From: an uncultured Candidatus Poseidoniales archaeon
GTDB taxonomy: Archaea; Thermoplasmatota; Poseidoniia; Poseidoniales; Poseidoniaceae
Direction of reading: 5' to 3'
Length of the DNA: 64,000 nucleotides
Assembly (NCBI GenBank): GCA_902625885.1
Contig: CACODE010000004.1
Coordinates: forward strand, 40,751-104,750
The translations under genes were made by a program, and so were the position numbers. Below the pieces are notes generated by a model. It was not told the origin of the DNA and searched no databases. It worked only from the letters and a program-made list of their open reading frames with translations. Below are positions 9,596 to 18,213 of this stretch, one piece after another (within the stretch, counting starts at the first letter, position 1; the number at the start of each line of letters is the position of its first letter).

Positions 9596-10342
9596 TCAAA
9601 TGATGTTGGCTTCGTTTCGAAGCAAGTTAGCGACTTCAGCGGCTGCTGCGCCTCCTTCGTAGCTCTTTCCGGCAGGTTTTGCTGGTGGAAGAGCGTGACT
9701 GACGATGGATACGGAGGAAGAGGGCACGTCTATAGAATGGACATCTACTTTGGCACGCTTTGCCTGCATGATGCCCTTGACATTGGGTTTGCGGACTTTG
9801 AGATCGCCTTTGTCGCACGAGACGACAGCAGGCAACGGGACGCTCACTTTGGCGTTCCCTCCGCCAATGGGCATGACAACGTTCAGCCCACCATCATGGG
9901 TGGCTCCAATGATGTTTGATACCGAGGCCCAACCCATTCGTTCTGCCAAGCCAGGTCCAGTGGAACCAGCGCCTGTGTCGGCGGCGGATTTTCCACAGTA
10001 CACCACCTCGCCGCCCAAGTTGTTCACGGCTTGAGCCAGGACGGTTTGAAGGGCGTTGGAATCCATCTCACCATCGGCGTCAATGCGCACGATGTGGTCG
10101 ACGCCGATGGCTTTGGCGTCTTTCAGGATCTTCTCGGCGCTGGCGCCACCTACGGTAAGAGCGGTGACTTCGCCACCCGCAGCCTCTTTGTGTTGGAGGG
10201 CCGTCTCAACAGCAAATTCGTCGTAAGGGCTCATCACCATTTTAACGCTTGAAAGGTCTACACGGTCGCCGTTAACGACGATTTTGGCATTGGTATCGGG
10301 GACTTGCTTTACGAGGACAATTATGTTCGGCATGGACATCAA
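9596..10342 (-). CDS. etfB: electron transfer flavoprotein beta subunit
   Basis: 'IVLVKQVPDT' N-terminus, ETF-beta length, immediately upstream of etfA. Confidence 0.85.
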   Translation of the reverse strand: MMSMPNIIVLVKQVPDTNAKIVVNGDRVDLSSVKMVMSPYDEFAVETALQHKEAAGGEVTALTVGGASAEKILKDAKAIGVDHIVRIDADGEMDSNALQTVLAQAVNNLGGEVVYCGKSAADTGAGSTGPGLAERMGWASVSNIIGATHDGGLNVVMPIGGGNAKVSVPLPAVVSCDKGDLKVRKPNVKGIMQAKRAKVDVHSIDVPSSSVSIVSHALPPAKPAGKSYEGGAAAAEVANLLRNEANII

Positions 10343-10475
10343 CTACAATCTTCAATTCACCCACGGAGAGTTGCTTCATGAACCTTGCCACCTGACCTCT
10401 TGCTACGTCACGCCGGGTTCCTCTGCCTTGCTCTTTGGATAGCCTTATGAACCGTCCAGCCCAGCGACAAGTTCC

Positions 10476-11327
10476 ATGTTGCCCTCAAAGAATGTAGACC
10501 TAGACCCAGAAGAACAAGCCGCTCTACGAGAGTGGCGAGAACTCGTTGTTGAACACTACACCGAAGACATTGAGCATCTTGAAGGCATGGAGGAAAGCGT
10601 CCATGGATTTCATATCGAACACCGCCTTATCGATGAAAAACCGACGTTGCGACGCATCTTCCACGAACGCCCTACACGAGCCTTGGAGCTTGGCTTTCGC
10701 ATCATGCGTGAGCAATTTGATGCCCACAAGATACCCACGCGCCCTGTGCTGAGGGTGGTGGGGCTTTCGGACAACTACCTCAACAGCGTTGATGAATTGC
10801 GAATGCGGGATAGGAACCAACTCGTCGCTCTTGATGTCAAAATTAACGACGTCTCTCAGCCGTATGGCTGGCTAAAGCAGGCTGTTTACGAATGCTTGGA
10901 TTGCGGGGCGACCGTGAGCGTCAAACAGCGTCGTGCTCGACAACGAGAGAGCCCGCGCACGTGCCGCAGTTGCCTCCAGAAAGCGTTTGAAGGCATCAAA
11001 ACCGACAACATCCCCATCGGTTTGTTCAACCCGCTGCCACATTTCACCCTTCGACAGGAGGATTGTGTTTACGAGGACGCCGTGGACCTCAGCATGAGCC
11101 AAATAACCTACAACCAAGATTACAACCTCATCAATTGTTCAACGCACAACCAAATCATCGGTACGGTCAGCGACGACCTCATCGACCAGCTGGTCGTGAA
11201 AAGCTATGCTCGCGTCAATGCGATTGTGCGTGTTGAACCCATTCCAGATAGGACTTTTGCCAAAGACACGCGTCGGCTTCTCGCCCTTGATATCCTCAGT
11301 GTCGAAGAACTCCCTATTCGCTCCTGA
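10476..11327 (+). CDS. MCM N-terminal-domain-like protein (OB fold + zinc ribbon), no AAA+ module
   Basis: 'YECLDCGATVSVKQRRARQRESPRTCRSCL' (CxxC-x19-CxxC) is followed by 'HFTLRQEDCVYEDAVDLSMSQ' and 'GTVSDDLIDQLVVKSYARVNAIVRV', resembling the MCM N-domain layout. The ORF ends at 283 aa, against convergent tyrS. Confidence 0.4.
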   Translation: MLPSKNVDLDPEEQAALREWRELVVEHYTEDIEHLEGMEESVHGFHIEHRLIDEKPTLRRIFHERPTRALELGFRIMREQFDAHKIPTRPVLRVVGLSDNYLNSVDELRMRDRNQLVALDVKINDVSQPYGWLKQAVYECLDCGATVSVKQRRARQRESPRTCRSCLQKAFEGIKTDNIPIGLFNPLPHFTLRQEDCVYEDAVDLSMSQITYNQDYNLINCSTHNQIIGTVSDDLIDQLVVKSYARVNAIVRVEPIPDRTFAKDTRRLLALDILSVEELPIRS

Positions 11328-11328
11328 A

Positions 11329-12474
11329 TCAGGACCGCATCAAACGCGAAACTTGCTCGAGCGTCTCGGGATTTTCTTCAAAATAAGCGGCCAACGATTC
11401 CAACCCCTTCGCCAAGCCGTCGGCAACACCAAATTTGGCGTCAAGTGGATGAAGGGTACCGTCCATAACCGCTCCTCGGAACGACTCAAGCGACGTCCAC
11501 CTGCTTGGCTCACCGAATTTTGGATTTGGCGTGACGTCAACGGCGCCAAATTCGGGGAGCAGGATGTGTTCCACGAGTTCGTAAACCGGTGAATTCGGGT
11601 CGTCGGGGGAAATGTAGGCTTTGCGCATTTTTTTCCGAATCTGTTCAGGTGTGTCGTGGAGAAGCAAAGCACCAGCCGGATCGGATTTTGACATTTTATG
11701 GTCAAAGGATTCCATGCGAGCGCCCGAGGTTTTCAGGGAAGAGATGATCGGTGTGTGAAGGCAAGTCGCTTTGAGCCAACCGTACTTCGAAGCAACGTCT
11801 CTCATGAACATGTGCGCCTTGCGCTGGTCCATACCGCCGATGGCGATGTCAATTTCCATCTCAAAAATGTCAGCGGCTTGCATGGCTGGGTAATAGAACT
11901 TCGAGAGGTCGTGATCTGAGGAAGCCTCGTCCCTGCCCATGATGGTGAAGGTTTTTCGCACCATAGCGAGCGTGGCGCCTTTGGAACAACGAAGTACTCT
12001 AGCCCAGTAATCTCCGGATTCCATGAGTTCAGAGGCCCACCTGAATTGAAGCTCTCCGGCTCCTGTCCCCTCCGGTGGGTGATTGAGCAGTGCACGGAAG
12101 GTGTCTTTCATGTACGTCCCAGTGGTGCGAATCGCCTCCATGTCGCCGTTGAATTTGTCGTTGACCCATGCGTGCCAATCGGCCAGGAAGACCATAACGT
12201 TGGCGTTGGCGTCAAGCATTCGTCGGAGTTGAAGCGCAAGCACTTTCCATCCGATGTGGGCCTTTCCACTCGGTTCAAAACCAACGTAGCAACGAACAAC
12301 ATCGTCGCCGCTGTGGGAGGTGCCGTTCCCGAGAGCATGTATCAGGTGGTCAACACCCACCGCTTCCTCGACGTGGTCGACCATCAAGTGCAATCGTTTT
12401 TTTGCCTCATTGGAGAGGCTTTCGTAGTCTTCTTGGGAGGCCAGCAAGGCAGGTATGTCTTGCGTCTTGGCCAT
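11329..12474 (-). CDS. tyrS: tyrosyl-tRNA synthetase (class I aaRS)
   Basis: 'GFEPSGKAHIGW' (HIGH-type region) and a 'KMSKSDP' KMSKS loop. Confidence 0.75.
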   Translation of the reverse strand: MAKTQDIPALLASQEDYESLSNEAKKRLHLMVDHVEEAVGVDHLIHALGNGTSHSGDDVVRCYVGFEPSGKAHIGWKVLALQLRRMLDANANVMVFLADWHAWVNDKFNGDMEAIRTTGTYMKDTFRALLNHPPEGTGAGELQFRWASELMESGDYWARVLRCSKGATLAMVRKTFTIMGRDEASSDHDLSKFYYPAMQAADIFEMEIDIAIGGMDQRKAHMFMRDVASKYGWLKATCLHTPIISSLKTSGARMESFDHKMSKSDPAGALLLHDTPEQIRKKMRKAYISPDDPNSPVYELVEHILLPEFGAVDVTPNPKFGEPSRWTSLESFRGAVMDGTLHPLDAKFGVADGLAKGLESLAAYFEENPETLEQVSRLMRS

Positions 12475-12483
12475 GCTATCGCC

Positions 12484-13062
12484 TCAAAACAAGTCGTTGA
12501 GCTTCTTGACTTGAGTTTCGGAAGGTGGGTTGCCGGATGCGACTTTCTCTTCCAGCAAAGCGATGAGCTCATGCGCTTTGTCGATGGTGCTCTGGTCGAG
12601 GTTCTTCATGAGTTCCATGGATTTATGCGCCATCTTGATGGCGGATTTTGCCTTCGAGAACTTCTTTGCGTCTTCTTTGGCCTTATCACCACGCTGTTTG
12701 GCGTTGTACCCGGTCGCTTCGTCGAGGAAACCTGACCAGCGCCGACGCGATTCCATGGCTTTTTGCGGTCCTTCATCGCTTTCGAGAAAAGCCCCCAATT
12801 CCGCTCCTTTGAGCTGGACAACGTCCACCGCAAGTTTTCCAGCATCATCGTAAGACCCCTCAACCTTCACAAGCAAGCCATAACTTCCGGTGAACACGCC
12901 TTCAGCGTTCACGTTGATGTCGTCGAAATAGGCCGTGGCCAGTTTGGCCAAACCAGCGTTTCCACCCATGGATTTTATCAGACCTCGCTTGACGGCAAAT
13001 CGCTCCATGAAACACGCAACCACCAGCGTCTCATAAGGCCACCGTCCCGACATCTTGTGCAA
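12484..13062 (-). CDS. conserved hypothetical protein
   Basis: 192-aa ORF 10 nt downstream of tyrS on the same strand, with a lysine-rich helical C-terminal half. Confidence 0.5.
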   Translation of the reverse strand: MHKMSGRWPYETLVVACFMERFAVKRGLIKSMGGNAGLAKLATAYFDDINVNAEGVFTGSYGLLVKVEGSYDDAGKLAVDVVQLKGAELGAFLESDEGPQKAMESRRRWSGFLDEATGYNAKQRGDKAKEDAKKFSKAKSAIKMAHKSMELMKNLDQSTIDKAHELIALLEEKVASGNPPSETQVKKLNDLF

Positions 13063-13094
13063 ATACGCCGAATGGGAGATGTTTTGATGACCCT

Positions 13095-14285
13095 ATGAGT
13101 GGGATTGTCATGCGAGGGAAAGCATGGTTTGCATCGGGCCTCGTCGCTTTGCTGCTGACATCGCTTGCCTCTGCAGAACTCGTCAGCAGGGTTCAACTCG
13201 AGGATGCAGGGTCGTTGGGAGACATTGACATCGGTCTCAAAACAGGTGCTGTTTCTCCAAACGGCGATGACATCCTCGTCGCCGGAATGAACGGGTATGC
13301 TCGGCTTTTGTCGGCTGAAGACGCCGGAAACCGTGCGCTGGATATCGAACTCGTGACAGGCCGGAGTTCGACGATCCAAGACATTGCCTGGCACCCCCGT
13401 GGCAACACGGCCATCATGGTGGGCGATGGCGGTTTTGCCATGCGATACGATTCCTATGACCACAGCGTCACCTATGTCAACGGATCTTTTTCCGTCTCGG
13501 GCTACGACCTCACTTCCGTTGTTTGGAGACCTGGTGGCGATTTTGCTTACGTCGCCTCGACCACAGGCCAAATTTGGAAGTTTGCCGAACATACCGGATT
13601 CGAGCTTTTGGACAACCTGGGCGAATCCCATGTTGCCGACATGGCGTGCCACAGGAACTACAACGTCTGTGTTTTGGCAACCTACGGCGAAGGCATGGCC
13701 ATCATTGACGAAGGCCATGCTGTGACATGGCTCGGTCAAACGGCCGCCCAAACTTGGGTGGGCGTGGACTGTGCGAGCCCCGTCCTAAACGAATGCGTAG
13801 GTTTTGCAAGCGGCCTCGTCAGCAAAGTTGTGAGCATCAATACCCTCGATACCAAGCAATCCACGGTTGAAGCCGCAGTCCAAATCGGGCTCCCCTCTGG
13901 CGATTACGTCAAGGTCTCCCGGGGGCATGACGGCACGAATTTGGCGCATATTGCCCCGCTCGGGCTGGTTCGCTACATGCCGATGAGCGGCGAGGCGTTT
14001 GCCGTGTTGCTGTCGGAGGACGCTTCCGAATGGGATGAAGTCATCGCCGGCCGCGCTTTGGCCGTGGTTTGGGAGAACAGCCTTCACAACGGCTACATCA
14101 TCACCGATTACGGCAACATCATCGCTTTCTCACCGGCGGTTGAAGAGGTTGAGATGAACATCATGGACGTCCTCGTGCTGGGCGCTGTGGCTGTTTCCGT
14201 CCCCGGTGTCATCTTGGGATTGATTTACATGAACAGTCCATGGCTTCAACGAAAGTACCGAGAATTGAGATTTGGAAAGAAATGA
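13095..14285 (+). CDS. secreted beta-propeller-like protein with C-terminal TM anchor
   Basis: N-terminal signal/TM ('WFASGLVALLLTSLASA'), repeated blade-like segments, and a C-terminal TM ('VLVLGAVAVSVPGVILGLIY') followed by basic residues. Confidence 0.5.
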   Translation: MSGIVMRGKAWFASGLVALLLTSLASAELVSRVQLEDAGSLGDIDIGLKTGAVSPNGDDILVAGMNGYARLLSAEDAGNRALDIELVTGRSSTIQDIAWHPRGNTAIMVGDGGFAMRYDSYDHSVTYVNGSFSVSGYDLTSVVWRPGGDFAYVASTTGQIWKFAEHTGFELLDNLGESHVADMACHRNYNVCVLATYGEGMAIIDEGHAVTWLGQTAAQTWVGVDCASPVLNECVGFASGLVSKVVSINTLDTKQSTVEAAVQIGLPSGDYVKVSRGHDGTNLAHIAPLGLVRYMPMSGEAFAVLLSEDASEWDEVIAGRALAVVWENSLHNGYIITDYGNIIAFSPAVEEVEMNIMDVLVLGAVAVSVPGVILGLIYMNSPWLQRKYRELRFGKK

Positions 14286-14357
14286 GTCACTGCTTTCTAT
14301 CAACTTGAGGGACATGTTGATGAAGCACCCGCGTTCCAGACCAAATGAGGGTGGCGA

Positions 14358-15533
14358 ATGGAGCCGTTTGAGGGATTGGATTTTTACAACGTTGAAAGCC
14401 TCTTGACAGAAGAAGAAATCATGATTCGGGACATGGTCCGGGAATGGGTCGACGAAGCCGTCATTCCGAAAATTGAGCACGCCTGCGAGGAAGGTATCTT
14501 CCCGGATGAATGGCGGGTTGCTCTGGGCGAAATGGGCGTACTTGGCGCACCACTGAAAGGCTACGGCTGCCCGGGTCTTTCCTACGTTGCTTACGGCCTC
14601 ATCTGCCAAGAACTTGAGCGCGGCGATAGCGGGCTTCGGTCCTTCGCCTCTGTTCAGGGCTCTCTTGCGATGTACCCAATTTGGGACTTTGGAAGCGAGG
14701 AACAGAAAGAGAAATACCTTCCAAAAATGGCCTCCGGCGAGTGGATCGGTTGCTTTGGACTGACCGAGCCAGATTACGGCTCAAACCCCGGCGACATGGT
14801 CACGAAAGCCGAAGACAAAGGCGACCATTACTTGCTGAACGGCGCGAAAATGTGGATCACCAACGGCACCATCGCTGACATCGCCATTGTGTGGGCTAAA
14901 CTCAACGGCGTGATTCGTGGTTTTATCGTTGAGAAAGACGATGAGGGCTACAGCGCGCCAGAAATGAAAGGCAAGCATTCCTTGAAAGCCAGTGTCACCA
15001 GTGAACTCGTCTTCCAAGATTGCAAGATACCCAAGGACCGAATGCTCCCCAACGTGAAGGGGCTCCGAGGGCCGTTCTCATGCCTCAACAACGCTCGTTA
15101 CGGCATCTCATGGGGGGCGCTTGGTTCGGCCATGGCCTGCTTCCACAGTGCCAAAACCTACGCACTCTCGCGAATTCAGTTTGACCATCCCATTGCGTCT
15201 TACCAACTGATACAAAACAAACTGGCGTGGATGCTTCGTGAAATCACCAAAGGGCAGCTCCTTGCTTACCATCTCGGAAAGAAGAAAGACGACGGCACGT
15301 GGTTCCCCGAACAAATCTCCCTCGCGAAGATGAACAACGTTGACATTGCCCTCGAGATCGCTCGCGTGTCTCGAGACATTCACGGTGCCAACGGTATCCT
15401 TGACGAATATCCTGTCATGCGTCACATGGCAAATCTTGAGTCGGTGAAAACTTACGAAGGCACCCACGACATCCACAACTTGATTTTGGGTCGATACATC
15501 ACGGGCATTCAGGCCTTCACTCGAAGCGTTTGA
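14358..15533 (+). CDS. gcdH: glutaryl-CoA dehydrogenase-type acyl-CoA dehydrogenase
   Basis: 'GCFGLTEPDYGSNPGDMVTKA', 'KMWITNG' and the C-terminal 'YEGTHDIHNLILGR' signature. Confidence 0.8.
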   Translation: MEPFEGLDFYNVESLLTEEEIMIRDMVREWVDEAVIPKIEHACEEGIFPDEWRVALGEMGVLGAPLKGYGCPGLSYVAYGLICQELERGDSGLRSFASVQGSLAMYPIWDFGSEEQKEKYLPKMASGEWIGCFGLTEPDYGSNPGDMVTKAEDKGDHYLLNGAKMWITNGTIADIAIVWAKLNGVIRGFIVEKDDEGYSAPEMKGKHSLKASVTSELVFQDCKIPKDRMLPNVKGLRGPFSCLNNARYGISWGALGSAMACFHSAKTYALSRIQFDHPIASYQLIQNKLAWMLREITKGQLLAYHLGKKKDDGTWFPEQISLAKMNNVDIALEIARVSRDIHGANGILDEYPVMRHMANLESVKTYEGTHDIHNLILGRYITGIQAFTRSV

Positions 15534-15612
15534 TTGCTTTCTGTTGATGCTTATCAGCGTCGAACCCTGCCGTAGTTCAGCAACCACGCGTTCGAAGCGT
15601 TGGTCTTCTGAT

Positions 15613-16911
15613 TCAGACAGCGGGCAGAATGCCGACCCGTGCCAAGGCGCCCCAAACGGGGTCGAGGAAAGCCGGGAGGAAGCGATGGCGCAAGTAGACC
15701 GCCGCTGCGAGAGAGATTTTCTGAATCTTGTTTAGTTTGACTCGTTTGGTGAACACGTCGCCCTGTTGCTTCTCGATCTGTCGGAGAATCTTGTCGTAGA
15801 AAGCAATCATGGCCGCTGGTGAATAACGGGTTCGTCGCGGCAACAGCGGCAACAAGGCCCTCGCCTCTTCCAGATAGGTTCTGGCTCGCGCCGCATACTG
15901 GCGGCAGTACGGTTCCCAATGCTTGTTGAGGACAATTTTACCATCCAGCTCGCTTTCGGCCATGCCGTTGTTTTCAAGTTCATTAAGCGGGAGGTAAACG
16001 CGGTCGCGTTGGATGTCCTCGCCCACGTCTCGCAAGACGTTGGTGAGTTGCATGAAGATGCCCCACGATTCAGCATACTTGCGAGCCATGGGGTTGTCGT
16101 AGCCGTAGACTTCGATGCACATCAGGCCGACAACAGAAGCGACGCGATAGCAGTAAACGTACAATTCGTCAAACGTCCTGTAGCGATTGTTGTAGAGGTC
16201 GTCCTCCATGCCGGAGATGAGGTCGTCAAACACTTCTCGTGGGATGTTGTAGCGCTTCACCGTGTCTTTGAGTGCGAGGAAAACGGGGTCTGTGGAGTGA
16301 ACGTCCCCATAGCAAGTCGAGAGTTTTTTTCGGAAAAAGAAGAGTTGGGTGATCTTGTTTAGGTAGGCCTCTTCATCAAGTATCGTGCCTCTGTCTTGGA
16401 GGGATTCAAGTTGGTTCCGGTAGGCTGTTGCTTCCGGGTCCAGTTCGCCTTTGCCGCCAGGGAACCTATCAGCCCAATCACCGTCGGCGATGTCGTCTGC
16501 GCGTCGGCAGAATGCGTAAATGGCGCACATGGCCAGACGCTGCTCCTCTGGAAGATACTTGAACGAATGATAGAAATTCCCGGCTTCTCGAATGGTCAAT
16601 TCTTCGCAGTAACGGTAAGCGAGCTTGTGAAGTTCTGCAGGCGGCATTTCCGACCAAATGGGAGCGTCAAGATGAGCGAAAGGGTCGACGAGTTGGTTCT
16701 TTTCGCCCACGATGCCGATGAACGAGGCACCTTCTCGAAGTGCTTCCATGGCCGTTACGCTAACCGCTTTGACGGCATCTCTAGCCAGCATAACACCGGC
16801 TCTGAGACGGTCAAGGGTTGTTGGGGGTCGAACACCGTTTTCGTCAGACCTGCTTGAAGCGTTGCCCTTGAGGGGGAACAGCAAATCAAGCGGCTTCCGG
16901 CGTTCAAGCAT
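15613..16911 (-). CDS. phytoene synthase-type (CrtB/HpnD-like) trans-isoprenyl diphosphate synthase, head-to-head
   Basis: 'YAFCRRADDIADG' (first DxxxD) and 'NVLRDVGEDIQRDRVYLP' (second Asp-rich motif). Carries an N-terminal extension of about 100 aa. Confidence 0.7.
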   Translation of the reverse strand: MLERRKPLDLLFPLKGNASSRSDENGVRPPTTLDRLRAGVMLARDAVKAVSVTAMEALREGASFIGIVGEKNQLVDPFAHLDAPIWSEMPPAELHKLAYRYCEELTIREAGNFYHSFKYLPEEQRLAMCAIYAFCRRADDIADGDWADRFPGGKGELDPEATAYRNQLESLQDRGTILDEEAYLNKITQLFFFRKKLSTCYGDVHSTDPVFLALKDTVKRYNIPREVFDDLISGMEDDLYNNRYRTFDELYVYCYRVASVVGLMCIEVYGYDNPMARKYAESWGIFMQLTNVLRDVGEDIQRDRVYLPLNELENNGMAESELDGKIVLNKHWEPYCRQYAARARTYLEEARALLPLLPRRTRYSPAAMIAFYDKILRQIEKQQGDVFTKRVKLNKIQKISLAAAVYLRHRFLPAFLDPVWGALARVGILPAV

Positions 16912-17022
16912 CCTAACCGGTCACCCCCTCGCATCTCTTGTTTAAGATACCTCGCCTCGGGAGTGTGCTGAAAAGCACTTCTCTCTGTTCTAGTAAATTA
17001 ATACTTACAATCTTCTTTAATT

Positions 17023-18057
17023 CTATAGATTGGACGGTACATCTTTGTTCTTTTCGAGCAAACGTTTGACGCCACCGGGTATCAACAGCGCTCGTAGTAA
17101 TTTTCGTCCGTACGTCTTCATCTCGTCTCGAGTCACTTTTATCCGTTCATCCGAATTCAGGATGTTGCCGTCACGAAGCAGGGTGACGGTGCGCTGTCCG
17201 ACCAAGACGGGCAGCATGCAAGACGCCTTGAGTCGGAATTGCGTCTCCGGTATCATGCCGATGTAAGCCGTTGCCGCTTCGAGATGTTCGTTGGTCAGGT
17301 CGAGATAGCGATTGTAAAGGGGTCGAAAGGTGTCAAGATTGCTGTCGTCCACCAACATGTCTGGCGTCAAACCGATGTCGTCCAGGGCTTCTTCTGGTAT
17401 GTAGCAGCGACCAAATCGCAGGTCCTCGGGTATGTCTCTGAGAATGTTGATCATCTGCAGGGCTTTCCCAAATCGGACGCCACGTTCCATGAACAACGCC
17501 TCCTCATCTGGCGGTAGCTTCATCAAATGGGCAAGCGACATTTTCGTCCAAAACACGCCCACGCAACCAGCGACTCGGAAGGTGTAATCGTCAAGTTCCT
17601 CATCGTTCTTGAGTGCTGATATTCCTCCGCCCTCGTTGGCTGGTCCAAACCGTTCAAGATCCAGTATTTGCCCGCCAACGATGATGTCCAAGCATTCCAG
17701 CATTCTGGTTTGGTCTTCGGCGCTGTACACCGATAACCCCTCCACGACAGCAGGGACATTGCGGAGAAGTTCCGCTTCATGCTCGTTGGCCTGCACTTCA
17801 GCAAGAGCCTGCAGGTCTGGCAAGGTTTCGTTTCGTCCCTGAACGGCCTCGTTGTACGCTTTGAGGTGTTGAAGGAGAATTTCCGTCTCCCCAACCTTCG
17901 AGTCGGCAATGGTGTCAGCCACCCTCGCCAGGAGGTAGAGGAGGCCTATTTGCCCGCGCGTTTTCTTTGGTAAATACTTGAGCGTTGGGTAGAAGGATCT
18001 TGAAGTCGTTTCGAGCAACTTGTCGATTTTTTCGTTGACGAGCACCGGCAACTGCAT
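17023..18057 (-). CDS. squalene synthase-type (farnesyl-diphosphate farnesyltransferase-like) enzyme
   Basis: 'TSRSFYPTLKYLPKKTRGQIGLLYLLARVADTIADS' and 'NILRDIPEDLRFGRCYIP' resemble the eukaryote-type SQS motifs. Start taken at the internal 'MQLPVLV'. Confidence 0.7.
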   Translation of the reverse strand: MQLPVLVNEKIDKLLETTSRSFYPTLKYLPKKTRGQIGLLYLLARVADTIADSKVGETEILLQHLKAYNEAVQGRNETLPDLQALAEVQANEHEAELLRNVPAVVEGLSVYSAEDQTRMLECLDIIVGGQILDLERFGPANEGGGISALKNDEELDDYTFRVAGCVGVFWTKMSLAHLMKLPPDEEALFMERGVRFGKALQMINILRDIPEDLRFGRCYIPEEALDDIGLTPDMLVDDSNLDTFRPLYNRYLDLTNEHLEAATAYIGMIPETQFRLKASCMLPVLVGQRTVTLLRDGNILNSDERIKVTRDEMKTYGRKLLRALLIPGGVKRLLEKNKDVPSNL

Positions 18058-18213
18058 TCCCTCCAAATCACGCCAACGGCCCCTTTGCCATGAACATTCG
18101 GTTGGCCCGTGGCTTGAGCGAGCTTCAAGACGCCGAGGACACAGTTGTGGATGGGAATCTCGTCGCAACCCTTTAGGAAGGGTGGCTTAAGCAACCCTTG
18201 GAAGGGAGAGGTC

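Noticed and set aside
12046-12735. 229-aa plus-strand ORF across tyrS and the 12484 gene
   Set aside because: It is antisense to two well-supported minus-strand genes (KMSKS-containing aaRS) and has no motif.
12978-13751. 257-aa minus-strand ORF overlapping the 13095..14285 gene
   Set aside because: It is a shadow ORF. The plus-strand frame has a signal peptide, repeat blades and a TM anchor, whereas the antisense translation is Arg/Cys/His-rich with no features.
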